A program made the translations under genes and the position numbers. From assembly GCA_951406725.2 (NCBI GenBank), contig OX597830.1, positions 7,068,001-7,132,000 of the forward strand: a DNA stretch of 64,000 nt, in the 5' to 3' direction. Shown here piece by piece: positions 25,868 through 40,569 of the stretch (the first letter of the stretch is position 1; each line of letters opens with the position of its first letter). The notes below the pieces were generated by a model. The model searched no databases. It saw only the letters and a list, made by a program, of their open reading frames with translations, and was not told the origin of the DNA. Source of the DNA: Octopus vulgaris (lineage: Eukaryota).

Positions 25868-26067
25868 ATTAAAACTGCGTAAAAAAGTTTGTATCTTTTA
25901 GTTTTCACTTGTATGTATCAACTATTCTGTTTGATGAACAATTACGTGAAACTCTTGAGTAAAAGTTTTAAAGTTTCTCCCAGCTTTTCTAAAATAGTAT
26001 ATATATATATATATATATACATACATACACATGCATACAGAGACAAATACACACATATTTAGATACA

Positions 26068-26131
<64 letters not shown>

Positions 26132-26275
26132 AATATATATACAAAAATATAAATACATTCTCACACACCTGTTTGAAACCTGTTAAGATGCACACACAGA
26201 AACACACACACGCATGTAATCGTACACAGATCAGGGAAAACTGAAACACACACATTCTCATACATGGGTGTACAG

Positions 26276-26333
<58 letters not shown>

Positions 26334-26483
26334 GCACATGCATTCATATGATAACGATGGAGAACAAGATTCACCAACACACAGGCTCGCGTGTTGTCAC
26401 ACACACACAAGCACACCGTCACAAATCACAAAGCCATACACGTTTACGCATAAACTCCTGCAATTTAACACACACATCTTAGC

Positions 26484-26800
26484 TGGTTCTCCGTCGGTTA
26501 CGACGAAATATGATCCAGTTGATCCGATCAACGGAAGAGCCCGCACGTGAAATTAACGCGCAAGCGGCTGAGTACTCCACAGCAACCATACCGTGAAAGT
26601 GGTTCTATGGGAGATTCAGCAGGACACAGGATGAGATATACTGGCCGTTTGAATTACTGGTACAATTCATCTTTGCCAGTTGAATAAGCTAGAGTAACGT
26701 GAAATAAAGTGTCTTGCTCAAGGACCTAATGCGTCGCCTCGAATCGAACTCCTGACTTTACTATCGTGAGCCGAATACCCTCGGCATTAAGCCACGCGCG
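26484..26800 (-). mobile_element. SINE family C
   Basis: TGGTTCTCCGTCGGTTACGACG...GTGTCTTGCTCAAGGAC...ATCGAACTC...TAAGCCACGCG. Confidence 0.87.
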
Positions 26801-28296
26801 TTTTATGACTTCTTAATATACGTAAACAAAACGTATATTAAGAAGATACACACATACACACACGCGCACACACACGCATACACATACACAAACACATATA
26901 TTCATACATGAGAATATATAGACACACACGCACACAAACGCACACACACACACAGATACTCTCACACACACATACATACATTCATGACAATATATGAACA
27001 CACACACACTCACATACATACATACTTTCATATATGAGAATATATGAACACACACTCACACATTCACACAAACACACACATACACACACAAACACACATA
27101 CAAACATAGCGCACACTTACCTACACACTCGCACGTACACACATCTATTCATACCGACGTAGAACTACAATAGAAAGAGGAAACATCTCCACATGTTGAA
27201 GACACACAGACAGACGAAATATAATACAGGAACTACACAAGACTAAAACAGCTAAAATACATAATCAGTTATTAATTGCTTAATTAAAATCAATTATTCT
27301 TTCATTTCAAGCGTTTCTAAATTTACGTTTATTTTTTGTTTATATTTTTCTTTTCGCACATGTAATTCTTTTATAATTTGAAATATTTTTGTTTCACTTT
27401 TTTCCGTTATTTTGTTTTTAAATTATACTTATTAAATGGGTATATAATCGTTAGGTAAGCATCGCCATCTATAACTCAGATGATGCTTGTGTATATTCCT
27501 ATTGGACGGTGCGTGCATATATAAATTATACTCTCTCATACACACAAACAGGCGTATGTTCACAACCACACCATCACACGCAGATTTATGTCTGTATTAA
27601 ATGGTTGTGTGTATATAGACATACATGATGTTATTTCTGAAAATTATACAATAAATATAAAAAATATATTTGTATATATTCTAACATTATAAGAATATAT
27701 GTTATTAATATATATATATATATAAATATATGTGTGTGTGTGAATTGTGAAAAGTATAGATTGATAGACAGATATTCAGTTTGATAAAGAAGTTGTACTA
27801 AGTTAAAGAGACATGGATACTAGATATGAATATATATATATATATATATAACTAATGTTATATATCTGTATATATGTATATATGCATAAATATATATATA
27901 CATATATATAAATAATGTTATATATATGTATGATTACATACATTTTACATAAATATAAATATCTATGTATCTTTATCCATGCCTATCCATTTACATGTAT
28001 ATATATATACAAATATAGATTTTATATTAAATCCTTCCGCATACATATTACCTATGTATATCCGAATGGTTTCATGCTCGTTATATATATATAAAATAAA
28101 TTCCATGCTATTTTTTTTAAACATTTTCGTTTTTAATATATTATAATCACCACACAAATTTACTTCCATTATTTTTGTGAATTCCATTTTCTTTCTTCCT
28201 TTTCTTTTCTTTTTTTTCTCTCTCTCACTCTCTTTTGTTTTCGCATTTCACTAATTAGAGCAAAAAAAAAAAGAAATTTATTTCTGTCCAGCTTAC

Positions 28297-28478
28297 CTGT
28301 GTTTGCGTGAGACCTAAAGATGCCGCCAATTCTGCCCTTTCTGGTAATGCCAAGTATTGTGTACGCTGGAAGCGTCGGTTCAGCTGTTGCAACTGCAAAC
28401 TGGAATATATAGTCCTCGGTTTACGCATTTTTTTGCCTTTACCGTTCATTCGCAACTGTTCCTCCATTTGAGATTTCT
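28297..28478 (-). CDS. Dll: Distal-less (Dll/Dlx) homeobox gene, internal exon encoding homeodomain residues 1-44
   Basis: Minus-strand translation [60 protein letters not shown] is the diagnostic Dll/Dlx homeodomain with its NGKGKK pre-motif. The acceptor is TTTTATTTTCCCACAG (G at 28479) and the donor is CAG|GTAAGC (GT at 28296-28295). The exon is 182 bp, phase 1 in and phase 0 out, and ends at the Q44/V45 intron position conserved in Dlx genes. Confidence 0.97.
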
Positions 28479-28855
28479 CTGTGGGAAAATAAAATGTATA
28501 TCCTATATATCAGTGTAGGCATTCATAGCACACGGGGTCGGCTTCGACTGAAAATGTAAGGAAATGTTAGTAGGTAGTTATTTACATATATATATATATA
28601 TATATACATTAGATAAATGCATACTTCATACGAACAACACACATATATAACTGCGTGTATTGGGAAAGTCATTATGTATATATGTTTTTATATATAAATT
28701 TGGAGTGTAAAATATAGATTCATAAAATAGTGTGGTTATTTCACAAAGCACCTCTAGTGGACTCGGCTAACTGACTACATAATAATCCAATACATTGGAT
28801 TATGCTTGTAAATAGAATATAATGTTCTATAAAATAATATAATATAATATAATAT

Positions 28856-28899
<44 letters not shown>

Positions 28900-29238
28900 C
28901 AGACAGACAGACATTTATATTTTTATATATATTTCCATTTAAATTACTACGCAGATATAGAGACACATATACCAACACACACGAGCTCATATATATGATT
29001 ATATATGCTTCAGACTATACAACTTATACATACCGAAAAGTCATATGTATTCGTATGTACGGCTACTTCGTCTTCCACTGACACACAGGTATGTATATAT
29101 GCATGTATGCACTGGCTCATATATATATATATATATATATATATACACTTATACATATACATATATGCAGATATTTATGAGCGCGTGTATATGTGAATAT
29201 ATATGCTGTTTATGTATGTCTATCTATCTATGGAGATT

Positions 29239-29318
<80 letters not shown>

Positions 29319-29485
29319 TGTGTGTATACATGATTGCCTGTGTATATTCAGAGACTTAGAATATTGCTGAATATGCAAAAATATTTCATTTGCATAATGA
29401 AGGATTGCAGAACATAAAACCGGTATAGAGAAACTACAGACCAACTATATACATCCATCCATCCATCCATCCATCCATACATACA

Positions 29486-29519
<34 letters not shown>

Positions 29520-29677
29520 CTTACATCCGTCCATCCCTCCATCCATACATACAAGTTTATATACATTCTCACATTTCGAAATGGAAGCAACATGCCAACA
29601 GACGGATAAATGTGGAAATGTGTATATATAAATATGTGTGTATGTGTGTGTATGTGCATGTGTGTAAATGTGTGTAT

Positions 29678-29724
<47 letters not shown>

Positions 29725-29984
29725 TGTGTGTGTGTGTGTATTAGTTAACAAATGTAAATACATACATAAGCATGCAAATATAAATATATATACTTGTGTT
29801 TGCATGTGTGTGTGTGCATGTGTATGAGTGTGTGTATTTGTAAATTTCCTTACAGAGGTGGGCTTTCATATTATATATAAACACTAATGTGGATATACAT
29901 ACGCAACTGCAAAAATGCACACACTGACATACGAATGCATACATACTAGTATGAATGCATAAACACGCATATACAGGTTTACAT

Positions 29985-30022
<38 letters not shown>

Positions 30023-30086
30023 GTATATGTATATATATACATTTATAGGTATATATATACATATATACACACGTATATGTATATAC

Positions 30087-30122
<36 letters not shown>

Positions 30123-30333
30123 CTATATGTGTGTATGCATGTGTATATAAATCGTTAGTCCCGAATTTGTAATATATATGCAAATATATGAATATTAATA
30201 AATATCATCTTTGCATATGGTTGCATATACATGTATATATACATACATATATATATACATACACTTATATATATATATATACATATTCATATATATATTT
30301 ATATAAATATACATATATATATATATACAGATT

Positions 30334-30420
<87 letters not shown>

Positions 30421-30514
30421 GAGTGGGTTCGGGCATTTATATATGTATAGCATTGTGTAGAACGGTATATGCCGATATGCAATATATATACATATCAATA
30501 CTTATATCCATATA

Positions 30515-30558
<44 letters not shown>

Positions 30559-30625
30559 ATATACATACATAGATACATATTCATATGCAGATGTGTATAT
30601 ATTCCTATATTCATACGTATATATA

Positions 30626-30727
<102 letters not shown>

Positions 30728-31393
30728 TTATATGAATATATAGACAGGTGTGTACATATACAACATAAGCGTATATTCATCAATCGACTCTAGATATGTT
30801 TCCCGCCAAACCAATATGCACCGAATCAACATCTATATCGTTGCTGCTTTGATATGAATGTCATATATATATATATATATATATACATACGTACATGTCA
30901 TTATTAATATTGTTGTTGTTGTTGTTATTATTATTTATGTTTTTATTTGTTTATTTGTAAACGTCTCTCTTTTATCCCACCTCGCTCGTTTGCCACCTTA
31001 TTCGTTTGTATCTAATCAATTTGATGCTATCAATGGATTTTAGATCTTCCGCAAAATTTATTCTCAGTCTCGATGTCACTATAAACAAGATGATATTGAT
31101 AGCTCTCATGTCAGATATTATATTCCTCCAGACACACACATACACAACCACATACCCTCACATATACCTCTGGACACACACACACACAGATTTATACATA
31201 CACACACACACACACACACTGACAGGAATATACTCGTATATATGCGCATATTGTATAGGCATACGTACATATAGAGAGATAGATAGATTGATAGACAGAT
31301 AGATAGAGAGAGAGAGAGAGATAAATGGATATAGAGATAGATACATGCATACATATATGCATACATATATATGTATCTGTATATATATATGTA

Positions 31394-31444
<51 letters not shown>

Positions 31445-31720
31445 TATATGTGTGTGTAATATATATATATATATATGCATGTATATATACACACACATAC
31501 ACACACACAGGCATATATATATAAGTATAAATATACATACTTATATATATATGTATATATATATATATCAAGTTATGCATATATAATTCCTTAATACTTT
31601 AAAGATGCACACACACACACACACACACACATACACACACATATATTTAGATATATGTAAGTATTTATATATATATAATTGTTTAATACTTTAAAGTGTT
31701 TCATCTTCAAAGCTGAGGTG

Positions 31721-31821
<101 letters not shown>

Positions 31822-32850
31822 CATACTAGTATAAATGTGCATACAGATATATGAATATGCATATATAAGTGTATAGAGTCCTAAGTACATGTTTATAAAT
31901 ATATGCACATATGGTTTATATATTCATAAATGTATATACATATTCTTTAACTCTTTCCCCAATTCTCTTAGTAATTTCGGTCCAGGAGCTATGGCCATAC
32001 TGGGGCACCGCCATTATGTTCAATGCATACATTTATAGGTAAGCATTTGCGGAAATTTGCCATAATATTTCAAATAATCTTATTGAGGTTTCCCTCGCTG
32101 ACTCTCCTCTGGTAGACTATTCTTAGCCTAGGGCTAAATATCACCCAGATAGCAATTATGTTTTTTACATTTAAAAAAATTTTCAAATATAAAATCAAAA
32201 ACAATGAATCTCCGTATTTTCCTGCATCTACGTACATTTTCCTTTAACACATGCATACGCAAGGAATTATTTACCAGTCTTTATATCTTCCTTTTTTTTT
32301 TGTACGTATTTTCCTATAAAGTTCATCCTGTGACTCTACAGAACTGACGCTGCCTAAATGCCAATGGTAGAGCTTTGTTTCTTAGTTGGACAGAGGAATT
32401 TAAAGAATAAAACGAAAAGACATACAGATATTGGTGCAATTGGGGCAAGCAAGAAGAATATGTAAGATTTTGGTAAAGTTCACCGTGCCAATCTGTGTCT
32501 AGATAATTGTGTTTAAAGGTCTGATGTCTAATCTTTTGACTTCCTTTTGTTTTTGCGTCGGGTTTTGGGTAGATTCTGGCACGTAAGAGGAGAAATGGCT
32601 AGAATTGAAGAAAGTCTATATGCATACACACACACAGACACACACGCAGACACACACACATACACACACACACATATGTGTATATATGTACACACTCACA
32701 TGTATGTTTAACAAGTGGCATGCATGTACACCGTTCCATATATACGATCTTATATGGATACTCACGTAAACACACGCTTCTGTGCTTGCATATATATATA
32801 TTTGCACGTGTGTGTGTATTTGTATAAGTATATATACATATATATATTAG

Positions 32851-32900
32851 CAAAAACTGTCTGATGAACGGCAACGAGAAACTCAGAGTAACAGATTTTG
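32851..32900 (+). ncRNA. Type-I hammerhead ribozyme motif, canonical CUGAUGA core
   Basis: CAAAAACTGT | CTGATGA | ACG-GCAA-CGA | GAAA-CTCAGAG-TA | ACAGATTTTG. Stem I pairs at 9 of 10 positions; stem II is GNRA-capped with an A.A mismatch at its base; stem III is the near-palindrome ACTC-A-GAGT; the triplet is GUA. Flanked by TA-rich tracts. Confidence 0.75.
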
Positions 32901-32974
32901 TTGAATATAAAATAAAGTATATATATATATATATATACTGAAATACGCATGTTTACATATACATATATACATAC

Positions 32975-33011
<37 letters not shown>

Positions 33012-33065
33012 CAAATGTATATATATATATGTATATATCCATGTATACATGTATATACATTATCA

Positions 33066-33120
<55 letters not shown>

Positions 33121-34071
33121 GTGTATATATAAATGTATGTATGTACATATATATGTGTGTATGTATGAGAGAATATTTACAGAGAGAAAGTGAGAGAATG
33201 AAGGGAAGAGAGATAGAAACTATGTTATGTATGGGGCCCTGTGGGGCGCTGTATGAGGTTTCTCAACCTGTTATATATGCTTACACCCTTGCACCGTGCA
33301 CTGTTGCACCCTTGCACCAACAGACTTAGAAACATCTGCTTAAGTCTCATGGGTTCTTCGACATCAAGTTACGCAACAAAAACTGTATTTAAAAGAATTG
33401 TATAAAAATGCAGAAATGAAGATTCAAGTGTCAAATCGCCAAATCGATTAGACACTCGGGTATTAGCTGGAAGGTTCTTAGTTCAATTCGACTTGAAGCG
33501 ACTTCCTTTGTCTGTTTTTGTTTAAATCAACATTCAATTGAAAGACGCGAATCGGCTGAGTCTATAGAACTTTTGATGCAATTACTTGTGTATTTATTTC
33601 GACTCCCAGCGTCCTCGAGTTGCTTATAATTTCGAGATCAATAAAATAAATAAATAAATAAATAAGTAAAAGGTTACAAATCGAGTATAGGGGTTTAGCA
33701 GATCATTTAAGGGTCGGGCATGAGACCTTGTGGTATCTGATCTGGTTCTTCATGTCCTGACTGCAGTCTCTGCCATGACATTTGTACCAAACTGTTCCGA
33801 CTCAAGTCAGTAGCCATTTCCTCGAAGAAGCATTAAAGGTGTGGAAAAGAAAAATTGCATTCCTGAGCAACTGTTAGCGTTCTACCAAAACATCTTGCCT
33901 AGACCCGCATATGCCTATGCAGGTGCGAGGACAGCGTTTCGCCAACGAATACTCTTCCACATTAGATTTGCCTCATCACACATACACAGGCGGGTAAGAG
34001 GTACCAGATTACTGGGAATTATTAATTCAGTTAACGTCGGACGAAATGCTTAGCAGTATTTCTTCCGTAAC

Positions 34072-34400
34072 AAGGCGGCGAGCTGACAGAAACATTAGCA
34101 CGCCGGGCGAAATGCGTAGCTGTATTTCGTCTGCCGTTCTGAGTTCAAATTGCGCCCAGGTCGACTTTGCCTTTCATCCTTTCGGGGTCGATAAATTAAG
34201 TACCAGTGACGCACAGGGGTCGATGTAATCGACCTAATCCGTTTGTCTGTACTTGTTTGTCCCCTCTATGTTTAACCCCTTGTGGGTGGTAAAGTAATAG
34301 GTATTTCTTCCGTATCATTAGGTTCTGATTTTAAATACTCCTGAGACCAGCGTTGCTTGTTATCCTTTCGGGGTTGGTAAACTGAAGTACCAAACAAGCA
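34072..34400 (+). mobile_element. SINE family B, compound/nested copies
   Basis: AAGGCGGCGAGCTGACAGAAACATTAGCACGCCGGGCGAAATGCG...GGGGTCGATAAATTAAGTACCAG. Confidence 0.88.
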
Positions 34401-34799
34401 CATGAAACCCTGTTGCCCCTCCTCTTAAAATGAATACACTTGTTCAAAAATTTAAAACAATTTTGCCGGTGTTGGACTGATTTCCAGTTAAAGCATCAAG
34501 TCTTTATCAGTGACGGTTATCTATCGATCAGGGCAACTGAATTGTTATCAGTTTCATGGTGAGAAATCATGGCTAAGCAGGCATCTTCAGTGGTAACAGA
34601 CGGCAGATCACTACTGACTATAAAGAAATCATACAATCGCGATTTCCTCATTTTCGATGTGTAGATATCTTTGTCAACTGAGCAAGCAACCTTGAGTAGA
34701 CTATACAATACAAATGAAGATCAACAGACAGAAACCTATGCGTAATTATTTTCCTTGCATGTAAACAAAGCGCATACCTTCATCGAAGGATTGCATATA

Positions 34800-34836
<37 letters not shown>

Positions 34837-35093
34837 GTGAATAACATTCAAATACCACAGTGTGCATGTATGTTCATATATAGATATTTGCGTAAGGTAA
34901 GCAGTAATTATATTTGAATAAATATATTAGAGTAAATAATTAGAATATATAAGAATAGCAATAAATATATTAGAATAAATATGGAAAAGTTCTCATAGCC
35001 TCCTGCCCACGCTACAGTGTTTTTTGGTATTCAACTACTGAATTCACTCCGCTCTTGAATTGACGGTCAAAACAGACTGACATACTACTACAC

Positions 35094-35226
<133 letters not shown>

Positions 35227-35285
35227 TGGGTGCCTATGTGTGTGTGTGAGTATATATGAGTTTATGCGTTTATGCGTTTGCGTAT

Positions 35286-35347
<62 letters not shown>

Positions 35348-35865
35348 TACACACATCAACGAATTCATCCAAATATAAGGAGATGAATATGTATCTGCAT
35401 AACCTGTACCAATGTGTGTATGTGTATCTCTGTTCATGTACACCGATGGTAAAGAGTCTTTAGAGATCTATGCTTCATTATGAAATGAAAAAGTAAAGCA
35501 ATGAAAGAAGATCTGAGCTTGATATGACTGAGTAAACACTTTCATTGCGGAACCCCAGCATGGCCACAGTTCAATGACTTATAACACGTTGAATTATTGT
35601 TATTATATATACATATATATATATATATTATATATATATATATATAGTTACATAGATAGATAGATAGATATACGCACACAGATACACAGAATATATATAC
35701 ACTCACACAAACACACACACACACATATATTTATATACATATATACATACATATATATATATATATATGTATGTATGTATGTATGTATACATTTATACAT
35801 TAATTATATATGTACTTTATATATATATATATATATGTATATATATGTATATATATATATGTATA

Positions 35866-35921
<56 letters not shown>

Positions 35922-36401
35922 TATGTATTATGTGTGTAGTGTGTATGTATATATTTATATACATTGCGAAGTTCTCCTCACAACAGACGCTCCTGCTTCC
36001 ATACTTTCGTTATTCTCAGAAGAAAACAATTAATGCATAAATATACACACTAAAAAGAAAACATACACCCACCACATATAAACACACACACACACACACA
36101 TTTGCATACGCATACACTCGTACAACTACACATGCGAGCACAAATACACACATATCTACACACATGTCATCAAACTCGCAACACACACTGATCCAGGCTG
36201 ATTAAGCGATGTATACACAAGTTGATTGAGAGGTTGATGGCTAGTAGGTGCGTGGGTGGACAAGGTGGTAGTGTGAGGCTACTGAATAAATTAAATCGAT
36301 TGATATTCTTATTGTTGTTGAGTTTGAATGTTGCTGTTGTTCTTCTTATGCTTGTTTATATTGCTCTTTATACTTTTCTGTTGTTTGGCACATATATATA
36401 C

Positions 36402-36508
<107 letters not shown>

Positions 36509-36716
36509 CATATATACATACATACATATATATATATACATATATACATGTATATATATACATACATATATATTCTTTTTTGATTTTTGTATTTAATTTC
36601 GTTGTTTATTATTGTGAAGTTGAAATGCCTGTTCGATAATTATAAATGTGCGTATTTTTACACACATACATGCACACAAACATACACGTAGAGAAGTGTG
36701 CATACCTATGTATGAA

Positions 36717-36763
<47 letters not shown>

Positions 36764-36772
36764 ATCTATCTA

Positions 36773-36819
<47 letters not shown>

Positions 36820-36825
<6 letters not shown>

Positions 36826-36990
36826 CACCAAAAACATAAAGCAGAGACAGGTGTATGTACAACGAACAAGGTGTTTTAGTTTGACGCTAAAAAAATATGG
36901 AAGACGTTATTGTCGTTTCGAGCCTACGCTCTTCCGCAGAAAAGATGTGAGGAGAAAATGGATGGAGAGAGGGGAAAAAACAGAGAGAAA
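36820..36990 (-). mobile_element. Second copy of the GAAGAGCGTAGGCTCGAAAC element
   Basis: GTTTCGAGCCTACGCTCTTC at about 36915-36934; TTAGTTTGACGCT also matches the 22171 copy. Confidence 0.7.
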
Positions 36991-37023
36991 AATACGTGTC
37001 AGGGTTAATAGTTGCACATGTTG

Positions 37024-37074
<51 letters not shown>

Positions 37075-38103
37075 ATACGTGCATGTATGTATGTATATGT
37101 ATGTATGCATATGTATGTATGTATATGTATATACGTGTGTGTGTGGTGTAAGTTTAGCAACTGAAAAATGGTGATTCCATGTCAATAAATGCTATAAATT
37201 ATAATGTATAAACATAAGGTTAAAACCCCTTTTTAATAATAAATGTCGAAGGCTTCCCTTGGTACTCAAGTCCACATCCCCGAATGTATGACAGGTGTTC
37301 TACCATTATACCAAAGCAATGCCTCGAAATTTCTCTCTCTAGCTTTGAAACGCTATTTGCAGTTTGCTGACGTCATAAGAAGTTAAATCGAAGAACTTAT
37401 ACAGCTTTAGTTGTGGTGAACCACTAACAGGAAACCACTTGTCTTCAGTCTAATAGTACCCAGTGACGCCTGCTTCGTCAGTAAATGAAAGTAAAGTGTG
37501 AGCTGACATATTGAATATAATGAACAAAAGAAAAAATTGATAAATTGCAAGTAATTACTTAATGAGGAATTAAAATGTTATTATTGTAGAGATTGATTAT
37601 TGTGAGGAAAGCCCACGATGATATTCTAGAAAAAATGAATTTTTAGTAAGTGTTAGCACTTCAGGGAAGACTCCGTATATGTTTCGGGATAATTAAACCT
37701 CATCAGTAAGATTTAGGTAAGCAGTTGTTGCTGAACTCGGTGAGGCATAAAATCTGATGTTGAAGGGATATAACTAAATACAAAAGTGAAATTTGTTTAT
37801 CACTCTGAAGTATGCAATTCATGCTTGCATTCCTATGAATTATTTACAATGATGTGGTTTAACATAGTTGAAATCGCCCTTAATCTTTGCTTGTTATACA
37901 TTTTACCTGTCACAAATGAATTAATGTCAATGTTGACCAAGCCATGATTCTGACTCACATTTCAGCCTATAAAATAACCCTTAAATAACTGTATGGAATT
38001 TAGTCCAACGATGTACGGCCATCATAACAATGGACGACGGATTCATATACACATACCGTGACATATTTAACACATAAATACATGCACAAATACATTCGCA
38101 TAT

Positions 38104-38320
38104 CTTTTATCTTTTACTTCTTTCGGACTGCGGCCATGCTGGGGCACCAGCTTCAGGAATTTGTATTCGAATGAATTGACTGCAGCACATGCCATCTTTT
38201 AAGCCTGTACTTATTAATATCGGCCTCTTTTGCCGAATCTCTGAGTACACCGGTGGAAACACTAACAGCGAGTGTTGGGGGGGGGGGAACAAACGGACAA
38301 ACTCAAACACACAGACACAC
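38104..38320 (-). mobile_element. SINE family A, 3' half
   Basis: GACTGCGGCCATGCTGGGGCACC...CTCTTTTGCCGAA. Confidence 0.8.
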
Positions 38321-38358
38321 ACAACTATATATAGATATAATATATATATATATATGTA

Positions 38359-38394
<36 letters not shown>

Positions 38395-38452
38395 TGTATG
38401 TATGTATGTATGTATGTATGTATGTATGTATGTATGTATGTATGTATATATG

Positions 38453-38483
<31 letters not shown>

Positions 38484-38760
38484 AATTTTATGAGAATTGA
38501 AGTGTAAAGGTGATATGTTTTAAATTATTTTTTTTATAATGCTATTAGATATTTTATCAGAATGCTTCTAACGTTTTTGAGGAAGAAATTCGTTTCTAGA
38601 GTATGAGCGCTTTCGATAAACCCTATGTAAATATTGAAAACTTACTACTTAGAAGCTACAGAGGGAATACAAGAAAAGAGGATAAACAGACATTTATATT
38701 AAAGTCCCAAAGCGCGTTTCACCATTATGATTGTTTGAGGCCTTGCGATATATGATCCAA

Positions 38761-38868
38761 ATGCATATAGATCCTCAACCGCAGGGTATCCTCAGGCAAC
38801 ACTTTATCATATGAAACTACAATAAACTGTTCCCTGGGGATGCGTTGTGGTTGGGCATCTATATGCAT
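38761..38868. repeat. Imperfect inverted repeat (~47-bp arms)
   Basis: ATGCATATAGATCCTCAACCGCAGGGTATCCTCAGG... versus ...CCTGGGGATGCGTTGTGGTTGGGCATCTATATGCAT. Confidence 0.8.
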
Positions 38869-39203
38869 GTGGCAGGCAGAAGACCCACCACATCAAATTC
38901 ATATTGAGAAATTGGCCAGTGAATGTGACAGCGACGGACAATGAACAATGAAGAAAACTTTTCTATATATGTAAACACTCTCCACTGTACATTCAACCAG
39001 CTTAATATGTGGGGGGAAAAAAGAGCCTGACGATCGCGGTAGCGTGAAACCCGTAACTTGTCGCATGAAATAGAAATCTGTTAAAATAAACAATCCACTG
39101 AACAAATATCGTGTACTTTCTTCCGTATACATATACACATACATGCATATACATTTACATATAAGCATATAAATATCTATCTATATATATATGTGTGTGT
39201 TTG

Positions 39204-39269
<66 letters not shown>

Positions 39270-39869
39270 CATACATACATATACACATACATATATTAGT
39301 ATGTATACACCCACGCATACACACACACACGTAGAATAGATAGATATCTATAGAGACACAGACGGATAACTGATGATTATCATTGATGAGAGATATCAGT
39401 TCTAAAGACGTCACAAGATTCATATCATTAGGATATCCTACAAGAAAAAATATTATTGATATCACTGATTATCCATATAATATCTGCAGTGAATACAGTT
39501 TATAGTATTTATGAAGGATATTCACTCGATGTAGGACAGTTTGTGCGTATCATTCGTTTTATCTGTGTATAATGTGAGGGTGACTTTGTGTTTGTGTATG
39601 TGTGCATGAATGTGTGTGAGTTTGAAAAGTGCAAATATACCTGGTTTTCTGTGCAAGTGTGTGTCATTTTTAAGTGTAGTGTAGGTTTATGAATGAATGT
39701 AAAAGTGTGTGTGCAGATAGATATATGCCTATGGGTAAATATAGATATATAATCAATCCATCTCTCACTCGATAGATGGATAGAGAGATGGGTAGATAGA
39801 TAGATAGACAGATAGATAGATAGACAGACAGACAGACATAATTAGATACGTATATATAGATATATATTA

Positions 39870-40078
39870 CTTTATTGCCCACAAGGGGCTAAACACAGAG
39901 GGGACAAAGAAGAACAGACAAAGGGATTAAGTCGATTACATTGACTCCAGTGCGTCACTGAAACTTTATTTATCGACCCCAAAAGGATAAAAGGCAAAGT
40001 CGACCTCGACGGAATTTGAACTCAGAACGTAACGGCAGACGAAAATACCGCTAAGCATTTCGCCCGGCGTGCTAATGT
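39870..40078 (-). mobile_element. SINE family B
   Basis: AAAGGCAAAGTCGACCTCGACGGAATTTGAACTCAGAACGTAACGGCAGACG...GCCCGGCGTGCTAA. Confidence 0.88.
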
Positions 40079-40569
40079 TTGGGCTGGTTTTCTTGTACAC
40101 CAGATAGCATGTTCTTAAGATGAGCACTTCGATGACTGCGATGTTCTACCAGCTTCTATCAAGATGTCTTAATAGATCGAGAGACCCTGAACGAGTGTCA
40201 ATACATGGAGACCACCCCGAGTACACAGAGGTCTCTAACCATGTCGGCAGCGCAGTGATTTATCTTAACTCTTCGATTTTGAGAGACGAATGCAATCTGC
40301 CACAAAGGCCTTTGGCTCTCGCAAGAAGTGTTAATGACGTTGCGTAGGGTGGGACATATCTACAGGATAGAGAACGAAGCTATAAGATATTCCATGAGCA
40401 CTCAGCTCTGACAGCATTGCTTCTTTTGGCAGAAACAGGTGTAACCTAATTCATATATGTTTATATATAAATTTATATAAATAAGGATAAGATCGTTAAT
40501 TTAAATATCGATCTTATCAAGTGGCCAGCATGGGAATAAAAATCTTCAAAGGTAATAATTATTATTAAA

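Noticed and set aside
28255-28467. ORF-track 70-aa protein as a complete gene
   Set aside because: The homeodomain stops at the GTAAGC donor. [13 protein letters not shown] is intron read-through and the Met is internal to the exon.
37250-37322. tRNA gene on the minus strand (TGGTATAATGGTAGAAC A-box-like)
   Set aside because: The B-box is degenerate and no cloverleaf can be drawn; at most an old SINE head. tRNA-like heads elsewhere also belong to SINEs.
37440-37490. CTGACGA / CTGAAGA boxes on the minus strand as hammerheads
   Set aside because: No stem II followed by GAAA can be drawn.
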